Assembly (NCBI GenBank): GCA_032718475.1
Contig: JAUCBJ010001863.1
Span: 29,916 to 93,915, forward strand
Length of the DNA: 64,000 nucleotides
Source of the DNA: Nemertoderma westbladi
Lineage: Eukaryota > Animalia > Xenacoelomorpha
Reading direction: 5' to 3'
Both the position numbers and the translations under genes were made by a program. The notes beneath the pieces are model-generated. The model had not been told where the DNA came from, did no database searches, and saw only the letters and a list, made by a program, of their open reading frames with translations. This document shows positions 37,768-47,859 of this stretch, one piece after another (the first letter of the stretch is position 1; each line of letters opens with the position of its first letter).

Positions 37768-40700
37768 TGAAACACCGAGGATGCTTCCGGTGTCTTGGAA
37801 CAGGTCACTATGTTCGGGAGTGCGACCAAAGATCATGCTGTACTGTCTGTAACGACCAACGCCATCACACGCTCCTCCACATCCCCGCGAACTTCGATTT
37901 TACTACCCTCCCCTTTCGGATCGAAGCCAGGCGAAGAGGAGAAACAAACCACATCTTCAAAGGAACCCGGACAACCCAACGGAGAGAAACCAACCCGTTT
38001 AAAATCTCCACCGATACACCACAAGTAACCAATATTTCGGCCACGATTAATCTTATAAATCGCCGCTACATGGTTTTCGCAAAGGTAATCCCAGTAAGGA
38101 TCCAAGGAGTCGGCAAATCTTTGACGACACTCGCGTTCCTCGATAACGGGTCTGACGGAACCATCATCGACCGGGATTTCCTCGAGCAACTCGGCCTAGA
38201 ATATGAACCTTGTAAACGGCCCATACAAACCATCACCGATAACAGAGAGGTAGAGTCCGGGGAGGTACAACTCCAGATGGAAGGAGTGATGAAGGGCTAC
38301 GAAACGGCTAAGTTAACCATCAAGAACGCCTTGGTACACACAGACCTCCGGGTGCGGTTCCGACAATCAGCCGAGTACGCCCCCCTCATACAATTAGACC
38401 GAGACGATGTAGACCTGAGGTGTCCGCAGTTGGACGTGAACCGTATCACCCTACTGATTGGACTTGATACACCGGAACTACACATCCCCACCGGAGATAT
38501 CGCTCGATCTATAAACCAGGATGATGGATTCTATGCTGAACGAACAATAATGGGATGGACACTCTGCGGCATTAAGGAGGAAACTACGGACACCTATACC
38601 TACCTTCCTAAATGTCAGATTAAAGAGAATGTAACCTCTGTGGGTTATTGCTCAGCTTCAGATCTTGACGAGGATTTGTTTCTGGAAACCGAGAAAACCC
38701 AACGAGAGATGACGAAATATTTTAATTTGGAGACCCAGGAGTTCGCGGAAAAGGACGAAAACCCATCCGAAGAGGACCAATATTGTATGGACGTTCTCGA
38801 CCAGGCCACGTTTAAAGACGGACATTGGTGTTCACCTATGTTATGGAAGGATCCAAACAAACCAATGGCAAACAACGCCAGCATGGCACTTAGGCGACTT
38901 AAAGGGATTCTACGCCGGCTGAATGACCAACCCGAGATAAAGGAGAAATATAATACCGTAATCCAAGGATATCTCGATGATGGATTAGCAGAAATGGTAC
39001 CACGGAATGAACTGCAAGGTGGTGAAAGAACATATTATCTCCCAACCCACTATGTAGTAGAAGCCCGCAAAGGTGGGAAAATCCGAGTGGTAAATGATGC
39101 TGCCGCTATGTACCAGGGCGAATCCCTAAACAGTCAACTTTACACGGGGCCCAACATATATAGCACACTCATTGGCGTATTGATCAGGTTCAGGGAAAAC
39201 CGGGTAGCATTCACCTGTGACATCAAGGCCATGTTTCATCAAGTTCGTACGTTACCAAGAGACTCGGACTGTCTACGTATCCTATGGACGGATAAAACGC
39301 TTACTCAACAGGAGATTAGCCAACTCACGATAAAGGACGTAGACGTAATGCGTATGGTCGTCAGGATCTTCGGCGCTAAGGACTCGCCGGTAGCATGCAG
39401 TGACATGCTAAAGAGGACGGCAACTATGTGCGAAAACGAGTTCCCTCCAACTGTCATAGAAACAATTCGACGATGCTTCTACGTGGACGACGGATGCGCC
39501 GGCGCGGATAATGTGGATGAGGCATATCGGCTAGCAATGGGGATGGTAGAATGTCTAAAGAAAGGAGGGTTTCCGCTCGTGAAGTTCAGATCCCACGACA
39601 AAACACTTATGGAAAAGTTTCCGGAGGACATCCGGCTGGAAAATAACAAAATGTATTCGGAGGATGTGGAACATCGTGTACTTGGGATTGAATGGGACAT
39701 AGAATCAGACGAATTCATCTTCAAGTATAAACCCCTACCCAAGCCTATGACAAAAAGGGGATGTTTGTCGATAAAAAGCGCCATCTTCGACCCACTAAAT
39801 TTCATATCTCCAGTAACCTTGGCCGGAATGAACCTGATTAAGGAAATGTGGATAGAAGGACTGGGATGGGACGAAGAGCTCCCCCCATACCTCAGCGTCA
39901 AATGGAGAAAATGGACGGAGCAGCTCGAACACCTACATCTTATGCGGATACCTAGACCGTTCTTCCTCGATAAGTTGCCCACCGATATCTTCCAGCTCCA
40001 CACCTTTTCGGATGCTTCGAATACCGGAATCGGCGTAGTCACCTTCCTACGGAGACTAAGTAACGATGGAAACGGCGATACAAGCTTCTTATTCTCCAAA
40101 GCAAAGACAGTATCCGGGGAATTCGTAGCAACGATCCCGAGACTCGAGCTACAAGCTGCAGTTTGGGCAGTAAGACAGAATCGCATGGTCATGCGGAACC
40201 TACGGATCCCCATAGAATCTCAACACTTCTGGGTAGATTCGAGTATAGTTCTCTATTATCTCCACTCTCCATCACGGCGTCACACCACGTTTGTTGCAAA
40301 CCGAGCCACGGAGATTAAACAGTGTACCGGCCGAGAACAGTGGCATCACGTGAACGGGAAGGAAAACCCAGCGGACTTATCAAGCCGAGGCGCCACCCCA
40401 AAACAACTCGGTAAAAGTAAACTCTGGCTTACAGGCCCGGAATTCCTACGGCAGCCACAATTAACATGGAGTACCCGATTCGACCCCGAGCTCGATAGCG
40501 GAAAATACTCCGAGGACGATAAAGAGATCCGTAAAATCCATCGAAGCAACGCGGTGGAAATTTATAGTTGTCTGACTGAGCCTGCAAAGGACTCGGGCAG
40601 GCACTATAACGTCGCGACGATCACCCAACTAGCGGCGTCTTTACATCGGTTGATCGAGCGAACTTCATCCATGAGACGGCTCGTCCACCACGTTATAACC

Positions 40701-42185
40701 CTTCGCAACTTCCTACGGTGGAAAAACAACAAACCGATAGTTCAACGGAATATACAAGAACTCATTATCGCGGAGAAGTGTATTGTTAGATATGTCCAGA
40801 AAGAAAGTTTCCCCGATGAATGGGAACAACTTAGTGCGGGCAAAACGTTGAAACCGGACAGCCCAGTCTACCAACTGAGACCAATGATGGGAGAGGACGG
40901 ACTGATCCGACTGAATACCCGGATGGCAAACGCCCCGGTCGAATATGAGGTTAAATACCCGGCGCTTCTGCCCGGAACGTCGACACTAGCTAAGCTATTA
41001 ATTCTACAATGTCACGAGGACAACCACCACGCAGGACAGAATTGGATTATAGCTAATATAAGACAAAGATATTGGATCACCCACATCCAGCCACTGATCC
41101 GGAAAGTGTTGAAACGTTGCTTCACCTGCAGACGTTACCTAGCGCCACCAATCACCCAAAAGATGGCCGACTTACCAGCCACCCGTCTACAAGCGGATTC
41201 CCCACCATTCTACGTCACCGGAGTGGACTGTTTCGGACCGTTCACGGTTATTGAACGACGATCCAACATCAAATGCTGGGGAGCCATCTTCACCTGCCTA
41301 AGGTCTAGGGCAATTTACCTAGATATCGTGGTAAATCTGACACAACACGCATTCATCAACGCTCTGCGTCGGTTCGTGGCGAACAACGGGACATGCCGCC
41401 ACATGTATTCCGATAATGGTACAAACTTTGTGGGAGGAGAAAGAGAACTTAGAGAGGCGATCGAGGGATGGTTTACCGATAACACCGCATCCCAAGTCTG
41501 GAAGGAACACCAGATACAGTGGCACTTCCAGACCCCCTTAGCACCCCATACGAGCGGGGTATGGGAGAAACTGATCGACCTAGTGAAACGATCCATGCGC
41601 GTCGCTCTAGGCGACACCCGGGTAACCCATGACACCCTCCGCACAACATTCTGCGAGATCACGGCTACCCTGAACAACCGACCCATTGTCCCTATCCGCG
41701 ACGACCCCACAGACCTGGAGCCCCTCACTCCTAACCACTTACTGGGGAGACCCAAAACCCACGTTCTCCCGGAAACCATGTTCCCGGATCCCAACGAGAT
41801 CGCGAAACATACAAACTGGAAAAAGGCCCAAGCGTTGGCAGCGCATTGGTGGAGAATTTGGGCCCAGGAGTACCTCATAACCCTCCGGACCAGGAGGAAA
41901 TGGAACAACACCTACCGGAACGTCGCAGTTGGCGACATGGTACTAGTTAAAGAAGATCTCAAAGACCGCGTTCACTGGCCTGTGGCGCGGGTCGTGACCA
42001 TACACCCAAGCAAAGACGGACTTGCGAGGACTGTGACGATACGAACGAAATCGGGCCACTACCAACGCCCCATCCAGAAGCTGTGCCTTCTTGAAGGCAA
42101 TGACAGTGGTGATTCTACAAGAGGTGATAAGTTCCCTACTACGGATCCTACTGTGGACATTGGTGACAATTATAAATGCGTTTAA
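37644..42185 (+). CDS. pol: Bel/Pao Pol: Zn knuckles, aspartic protease, reverse transcriptase, RNase H, integrase
   Basis: CFRCLGTGH..C..C..C...HHTLLH; protease LDNGSDGT; RT DIKAMFHQV and FYVDD; Pao RNase H FSDAS and TIPRLELQAA; integrase HHCC, GVDCFGP, YSDNGTNF and GVWEKLI. Confidence 0.96.
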   Translation: MGMLSRELGTRKGRHHKFPALSVGRNTKFQFAELVPRFEAIMKHRGCFRCLGTGHYVRECDQRSCCTVCNDQRHHTLLHIPANFDFTTLPFRIEARRRGETNHIFKGTRTTQRRETNPFKISTDTPQVTNISATINLINRRYMVFAKVIPVRIQGVGKSLTTLAFLDNGSDGTIIDRDFLEQLGLEYEPCKRPIQTITDNREVESGEVQLQMEGVMKGYETAKLTIKNALVHTDLRVRFRQSAEYAPLIQLDRDDVDLRCPQLDVNRITLLIGLDTPELHIPTGDIARSINQDDGFYAERTIMGWTLCGIKEETTDTYTYLPKCQIKENVTSVGYCSASDLDEDLFLETEKTQREMTKYFNLETQEFAEKDENPSEEDQYCMDVLDQATFKDGHWCSPMLWKDPNKPMANNASMALRRLKGILRRLNDQPEIKEKYNTVIQGYLDDGLAEMVPRNELQGGERTYYLPTHYVVEARKGGKIRVVNDAAAMYQGESLNSQLYTGPNIYSTLIGVLIRFRENRVAFTCDIKAMFHQVRTLPRDSDCLRILWTDKTLTQQEISQLTIKDVDVMRMVVRIFGAKDSPVACSDMLKRTATMCENEFPPTVIETIRRCFYVDDGCAGADNVDEAYRLAMGMVECLKKGGFPLVKFRSHDKTLMEKFPEDIRLENNKMYSEDVEHRVLGIEWDIESDEFIFKYKPLPKPMTKRGCLSIKSAIFDPLNFISPVTLAGMNLIKEMWIEGLGWDEELPPYLSVKWRKWTEQLEHLHLMRIPRPFFLDKLPTDIFQLHTFSDASNTGIGVVTFLRRLSNDGNGDTSFLFSKAKTVSGEFVATIPRLELQAAVWAVRQNRMVMRNLRIPIESQHFWVDSSIVLYYLHSPSRRHTTFVANRATEIKQCTGREQWHHVNGKENPADLSSRGATPKQLGKSKLWLTGPEFLRQPQLTWSTRFDPELDSGKYSEDDKEIRKIHRSNAVEIYSCLTEPAKDSGRHYNVATITQLAASLHRLIERTSSMRRLVHHVITLRNFLRWKNNKPIVQRNIQELIIAEKCIVRYVQKESFPDEWEQLSAGKTLKPDSPVYQLRPMMGEDGLIRLNTRMANAPVEYEVKYPALLPGTSTLAKLLILQCHEDNHHAGQNWIIANIRQRYWITHIQPLIRKVLKRCFTCRRYLAPPITQKMADLPATRLQADSPPFYVTGVDCFGPFTVIERRSNIKCWGAIFTCLRSRAIYLDIVVNLTQHAFINALRRFVANNGTCRHMYSDNGTNFVGGERELREAIEGWFTDNTASQVWKEHQIQWHFQTPLAPHTSGVWEKLIDLVKRSMRVALGDTRVTHDTLRTTFCEITATLNNRPIVPIRDDPTDLEPLTPNHLLGRPKTHVLPETMFPDPNEIAKHTNWKKAQALAAHWWRIWAQEYLITLRTRRKWNNTYRNVAVGDMVLVKEDLKDRVHWPVARVVTIHPSKDGLARTVTIRTKSGHYQRPIQKLCLLEGNDSGDSTRGDKFPTTDPTVDIGDNYKCV

Positions 42186-42469
42186 ACCCTTCTCATCATG
42201 TTGACAAACTCTTTTTAAACTGTGATTTATCGACAACGAATTATGGACCCCCTTTAAACCAACTGTAACCACGCATGGTATTTGTGTTTCCTCGTGTGTT
42301 ATGTGGAGTCCAGCGTCACCCTGCAGATGTTTCGGCTGACGCAGGGTCGTTTATGCATTGTTTACCCTGATTTTGGTCATCAGGACCTACGATATTGGAT
42401 TATTGGAAATGGAAAAGATTTGAAGTGGAATTCATTGTATTCATTGCAGTATGTTATGTTGTCCGTTGC

Positions 42470-42890
42470 GTGGGTAGTTCGGGGCGTAGGCGGTGTAACG
42501 AGTCCAGCTGTAGATCCCGGATTGCCGCGCAACACCCCCCTCTATCCCGTTATTCTGGTGGGTCCATGGTGCATCCACATGACTTCGACGATAGAGGGTT
42601 TTATGTTTCTCAGTCGCGTTATTCTGGTGGGACCGTTACGTGGATTTTGGGGCGTAGGCGGTGTAACGAGTCCAGCTGTAGATCCCAGAATGTTGCGTAA
42701 CCCCATCCCACATGACTTCGTCGACTGAGCTTTATGTTGTTGGGAGTGTTATTCTGGTGGGTCCCTGGTGCATCCACGTGACTTCACTCCCAGCGTCTTC
42801 ATTGTCCGTTACGTGCGCAGTTTGGGGCGTAGGCGGTGTAACGAGTCCAGCTGTAGATCCCAGATTGCCGCGTAACACCCCTTCCACGAC
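42470..42890 (+). repeat. Three ~170-bp imperfect tandem repeats between pol and ORF3
   Basis: GGGGCGTAGGCGGTGTAACGAGTCCAGCTGTAGATCCC at ~42481, ~42649 and ~42824. Confidence 0.85.
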
Positions 42891-43432
42891 AAAGATTAAC
42901 CAAAGAAAATGATTGAATATAGTTGGAAACGATGAAAAGGATCAGACAACTCTACTATAAACCTGAATGATGACGCGTATACTGATGAAAATGTAATGAT
43001 GCGCACCCTGGTGCTGCGCTTATAACCAATGATGATAGCCGGGGGGCTATAAACCCAAATGATGATGTGGAAATAAATAAATGTGAAATAAATGGTGGAA
43101 CTAAATGTTGAAATATACGTGGAAATAAATGAAATAAGATGAAATAATAATGAAATGAAAAAAGACAAAAAAAAGGTATAAAAAAGGTCAAAGAAAAGAA
43201 TTAGAAAAAAGAAAAGGACAAAAAAGTCATAAAAAACTGGTTGGATATTATGTATAGCTATAGTAACTGTAAATGCTGAATGTATTAGCAATAAGATGAT
43301 AGATGCCTATATAGCAATGTTATTAATAAACTGAATTAAATAAAAAACTGAATTATTCTGCTATCGCTATAGTTTCAGACTTTCTGGACTTATAATTAAC
43401 TGATCTAATTTGTAACGGATATAATCGTAAAT

Positions 43433-46033
43433 ATGGACCCAAATCGCCAAATTATCGGCGAATTACGTAACACGATAGATCTACTGGAATATTCGCAACC
43501 CGGATCCCCTGACTTTGATACAAATTGGAGCACCCTGCTAAATGAGAACGTGCGAGTCATTAAATTCACCGGGCGAGAGGGACCGGATTCTAAGAATCTA
43601 CGAGCCCTCCGGTTAGCTGATGCTAGTACGAGACTGAAAAGAACTCGGAACGCAAAGGCAACCGGAGGGGACGATTCGTCGTTTTGGGAAACGTTCCGGC
43701 AGAGCGTCTACAGATCCCGATGTTTGATCTACGACAACGAGGGAAACGCGACGCCCACCTCGAAAGCGATTACGTTGGCGAGATGTCAAAGTTTCGTCGA
43801 CGACAAGAGTACGTACCTCGCCCACTGGGGAAACCTGTCGGAGTGTACGGCGACGCTTCGAGAGGAACGCGTATCGATTATCCAAAACCGAGACGACTAC
43901 CAAGAAAAGTACGGGGCGAAAGAATACGGTCGATCCTTAGTCGTCGTCCTCGGAACCCTGGACGGTTTGGTACTGGTGTGCCGAATATTCCCGACACCCA
44001 GACAGGAAGTGCAGGCAGCCGGAGCGATCTGGTTGCTGCCTCCGGAAATCCAAAAGATCCTCTTCGACTTCGACGTCATTAAAATCGGGTCGGATATCAA
44101 GGCGGACGTCCGGAACGACTACGCGAACGCCCCTGCAGGAAGAAACCGACGAGACGACCTCAACGCCCTTAGCCATTGCATCGACACTCAAACGCTACTA
44201 GCCTGGTTACGATTCGCCGAGTTCATGCGAGGATTCCAAGAGGTGAGACCGACGAAATCCGGGATCGGCTACCTCGCTGTGCTCAACGGCGGTATCGACT
44301 TCAAACCCCAGAAATTCCGGGACTATAATAAAATATACGGTGGATACCCGGGATTGGAAATAAAGAGCGAGCGAGAGGGTCGATGGAAGGACGTTGATCG
44401 GAAGTGGACGATACACCAAAGGTGGGAGAATCCTGATCGACGGAACTACGTTTACGTCGTTATGGAGTGCTACACCGTCGCTAAGTTTATCTGTAAAACT
44501 CTCGATAACCTTATTACGGCGGTCCCCCTTTCCTTCGTCGACTACGACTGGAATGAGGTTATAAACCACGCGTTTAAAGCGGTCGAGAACATTACACCGG
44601 GAGAATCGAAAACGCCCGCCGTTATCGATTCCTGGGACGAGAGCGGACCTTACGACATCCCTACGATTACCGAACTTCTCGGTGCGGAGGAGCCTCTGAT
44701 CTCCTCGGAAGGGGAAGAGATATGGCTAAACGAGGGTGTTCTACTCTCCACCCCGAAGCGACAACTCGAGCCGGAGGCCGCGTATGGACCGGCCGCCAAA
44801 CGGGTTGCCTCGGCCGAACCGATGAAGAGAGCAGGCGTTTACACCCCACGCGGCTCCGGTAGCCCCGCGAGGGAGGTAGCCACTACAGCTGCATTGAGCG
44901 ACTTCGGCGACATATGCCAACGGTTATCCCCGTATCCTTTCCCGGGTGGCGAAGATTGGTCGTCGGAGATTCCGAGTACCAGCCACCAACGGACCCGCGC
45001 AGCGATACTGATCGAGGAGGGCCCCAGCGATGCGCCGACCCCCGACGATCTCCTCGGTATCCCTCCGTCGAAAACCCCGGCACCTCTTCGCCGACCAGCG
45101 GTGGCTACTACACCCGCCGTTCCTCAGGACCCTATGCGACTAACCCGTTGGTACGCCGAGCAAACTGAATGGATCCACCGCCAGAAACGGTCATCCGAGT
45201 TGAGACCAGCGGGACACAAAGAAGGTTATCGGAGCGAGAACCTATTACGCAAAAGCCTAGCATTCCGCGGGCTACCGACCACCGAGAATATTCCGAAGAG
45301 CGACCGACGACTCGAATACTACGTCGGCGTCCCGATTCCGATATTTCCTGGTCGAGAGATACAGTTGGAGGTATGCGGCGACTGCGGTTCGGAGCAGTGC
45401 CCACGCAGCAGAAGGAATCGGGTTACCGATTCTTGCCTCCAGCTCCTCGGGATACTCTATTGCCCATACTGCGCGACATCGGGCCACGACGTTTCCGTCT
45501 GCCCGATCCTTTATAACCTCTGCACCACGTGCGGTTTCCGTGGACATTCCTCTAGCCCCCGCTGCTATATCAAATGTCCAACCAAAGACGTTACCGCTAT
45601 GGGCAATATGGTCATGTTTGAGACATACGCAAACAGCCACTTAAAGACCAAGGTTCGGAGAAACGCTCGGAATATCGCGCAGGAGATGGCGTGCGGATAT
45701 TTCTCCTTCCCGGAACGCCTCCACACGTCGGCCACGCTACCTTTCCATTACGTGGATCTGCTACTGAGCGCCGGATTATTCGGTCCATTTGAAGTCATTA
45801 GACGATTATACTCGTATAAAGAGGAGTTCGGTGACGGAGAATGGTTCCTAGAGGCACGCAAATCTGAGTTGGAGAGACGAACCGACATGATCCCGATGCC
45901 TTCGAAAGGAAGAGCCGCCAGGAGACAAGCCGAAGCGTTACTCACGATGGATGTTGACGCTCCTCTACCAGCCATAGCGATCGATGAGAGTCGACGGGCG
46001 AAGAGACGAAAGGCGTATCAGAGAAAGAAATAG
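43433..46033 (+). CDS. Accessory ORF3: DEDDy/WRN-like 3'-5' exonuclease-fold domain (divergent catalytic motifs), disordered linker, CCHC zinc knuckles, basic C-terminus
   Basis: Uninterrupted 866 aa. LLPPEIQKILFDFDVIKIGSDIKAD, CIDTQTL, SGIGYLA and W...YVYVVMECY follow the WRN-exo motif order. CPYCATSGHDVSVC is CX2CX4HX4C and CTTCGFRGHSSSPRC is CX2CX4HX5C. No signal peptide or TM helix seen. Confidence 0.75.
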   Translation: MDPNRQIIGELRNTIDLLEYSQPGSPDFDTNWSTLLNENVRVIKFTGREGPDSKNLRALRLADASTRLKRTRNAKATGGDDSSFWETFRQSVYRSRCLIYDNEGNATPTSKAITLARCQSFVDDKSTYLAHWGNLSECTATLREERVSIIQNRDDYQEKYGAKEYGRSLVVVLGTLDGLVLVCRIFPTPRQEVQAAGAIWLLPPEIQKILFDFDVIKIGSDIKADVRNDYANAPAGRNRRDDLNALSHCIDTQTLLAWLRFAEFMRGFQEVRPTKSGIGYLAVLNGGIDFKPQKFRDYNKIYGGYPGLEIKSEREGRWKDVDRKWTIHQRWENPDRRNYVYVVMECYTVAKFICKTLDNLITAVPLSFVDYDWNEVINHAFKAVENITPGESKTPAVIDSWDESGPYDIPTITELLGAEEPLISSEGEEIWLNEGVLLSTPKRQLEPEAAYGPAAKRVASAEPMKRAGVYTPRGSGSPAREVATTAALSDFGDICQRLSPYPFPGGEDWSSEIPSTSHQRTRAAILIEEGPSDAPTPDDLLGIPPSKTPAPLRRPAVATTPAVPQDPMRLTRWYAEQTEWIHRQKRSSELRPAGHKEGYRSENLLRKSLAFRGLPTTENIPKSDRRLEYYVGVPIPIFPGREIQLEVCGDCGSEQCPRSRRNRVTDSCLQLLGILYCPYCATSGHDVSVCPILYNLCTTCGFRGHSSSPRCYIKCPTKDVTAMGNMVMFETYANSHLKTKVRRNARNIAQEMACGYFSFPERLHTSATLPFHYVDLLLSAGLFGPFEVIRRLYSYKEEFGDGEWFLEARKSELERRTDMIPMPSKGRAARRQAEALLTMDVDAPLPAIAIDESRRAKRRKAYQRKK

Positions 46034-46189
46034 TGGATCGGGATATTCCAGGAACATTTATCGAACATTTATTTTTATACAAACTCTAGGCCAAATTAAT
46101 TAAAAACTATGCAATATTAAATTTGGGTTTTTTATATTGGGAATGACCTACGCAAACTCAATCGACCGACAGACTTCACGAAGGTCATT

Positions 46190-46199
46190 GGGGGGGGAC
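46190..46199 (+). other. Polypurine tract
   Basis: GGGGGGGGAC immediately before the 3' LTR TG. Confidence 0.85.
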
Positions 46200-47811
46200 T
46201 GTTCGCGGTATTTCAACTTTCCATAACGCGAGTTGAATATTTTTGTATTTATTTAAAATTGATTATTCCGATATTACTACTGGGTGCGGGACCATGGGTT
46301 TTGGGCACATTCAAGAAACTGGGGGCGATTTATGGGCGAACTTTGGGGCAACTTACAGGGTACGGGAATAATTTCATAGTTATAAGGGCCAGGGGGGGAT
46401 GGAAAATGCAAGCAGTATTCAGGTTAGCCTGAGTACTATTAGGCCCTGGCCAACTTCCTGCTGCCTGTAGGGGTGGATTTGGTAATGCGCCAGGCCTAAA
46501 GGACAAGGACTGCCCTTAGCGGTCCCTGGCCAACAGCAGCCATTACGAGACTGAAAAGAACTCGGACCGCTGACTGCTTGTGTCAGGGATTTGCGACGGG
46601 CACCGACGGCCCCTTAGTAGCCAAGCCGTTCTGGTTCTCGATGATCGTTCCCTTCGGGGTTCGTGAGGGGTGGAGCGGACACGCGAACGGGTGGCCAACT
46701 AACGACTGCCCCCTGACCTAAGCCGTACTGGTTCTCGATGACCGATCCCTTCGGGGTTCGTGAGGGGTGGGACGGACATGCGAAAGGGCTGGCCACAGGA
46801 CGGGTTTGACGAGAACTGCCCTTAGCGGTCTCTGGTCAACGGCAGCTACTACGAGACTGAAAAGAACTCGGAACGCTGACTGCTTGTACTGGGATTTGCG
46901 ACGGGAACCGACGACAGACCCCTTAGCCAAGCCGTACTGGTTCTCGATGATCGTTCCCTTCGGGGTTCGTGAGGGGTGGAACGGACACGCGATGGGGTCG
47001 AAAGACAAAGGACTAGACTCGACTAGACTCTACTGGCCTACCGACTGTTCGGAGCAGTTTCTCGGCTGCCGAAGCGACTACGAGCCTGAAACGGACTCGG
47101 AAAGCCTAGGTGGTTGGGTTTCTGTGATGAACTGACGGACCCCTAGCCAAGCCGTTCTGGTTCTCGATGATCGAACCCTTCGGGGTTCGTGAGGGGTGGA
47201 ACGGACACGCGAACGGGTCCACCGACACGACAGACTCCTAGCCAAGCCGTACTGGTTCTCGATGACCGAACCCTTCGGGGTTCGAGAGGGGTGGTACGGA
47301 TACGCGACAGAGTCTACCGACTGGACCGACCCTTAGCCAAGCCGTGCTGGTTCTCGATGATCGTTCCCTTCGGGGTTCGTGAGGGGTGGAACGGACACGC
47401 GACAGGGTCGACCGACACCGACACTACGGCACTAAGACTGGGACCGAGGGAAAATCTGGGGAACATTAGGTAGGCTAAAATTCTGAGCAAACAGTGGGTT
47501 ATTAAATAATATACTGTAGGGATTTATATTATCGTGTATAATTATTGTGAATATTTGGTGTATATTGATTTGGGGAAGCCCAAAATTATTCTTAATCAAG
47601 TTTCAATGATGTTGAACGGGTTTCAACTATAGGAAGTTACATTAAAGAGTATATCCAACTAATGCAGCTTTTTATCAACCGCAAACTTGCATCTCAGAAA
47701 ATATTCCCTCCCCACAATCAATATCCGGTGACTGGCCGGGGCTCGGTGGTCTGTTAAGTCACGTCTCCAGCATCGGCGTTTTTCCCCCCTGGTGTAGGGA
47801 TAACGGCAACA
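46200..47811 (+). repeat. 3' LTR
   Basis: Direct copy of 33530-35141. Confidence 0.96.
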
Positions 47812-47859
47812 ATTTGGCTGTCTGTTACATAATGTATAGCCTATATGCATAATATTATT

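Larger units (their letters stand above)
33530..47811 (+). mobile_element. Full-length Bel/Pao (Belpaoviridae-like) LTR retrotransposon with an extra 3' ORF
   Basis: Two direct 1612-bp repeats offset by 12670 bp with TGTT...AACA ends; gag, PR-RT-RH-IN pol, third ORF and a polypurine tract before the 3' LTR. Confidence 0.96.

Noticed and set aside
39479-41911. Antisense ORFs of 244 and 198 aa within pol
   Set aside because: Shadow ORFs opposite a long coding sequence; no recognisable motifs.
43433-46033. ORF3 as an envelope gene
   Set aside because: No signal peptide or C-terminal transmembrane anchor; it has nucleic-acid-binding motifs instead.
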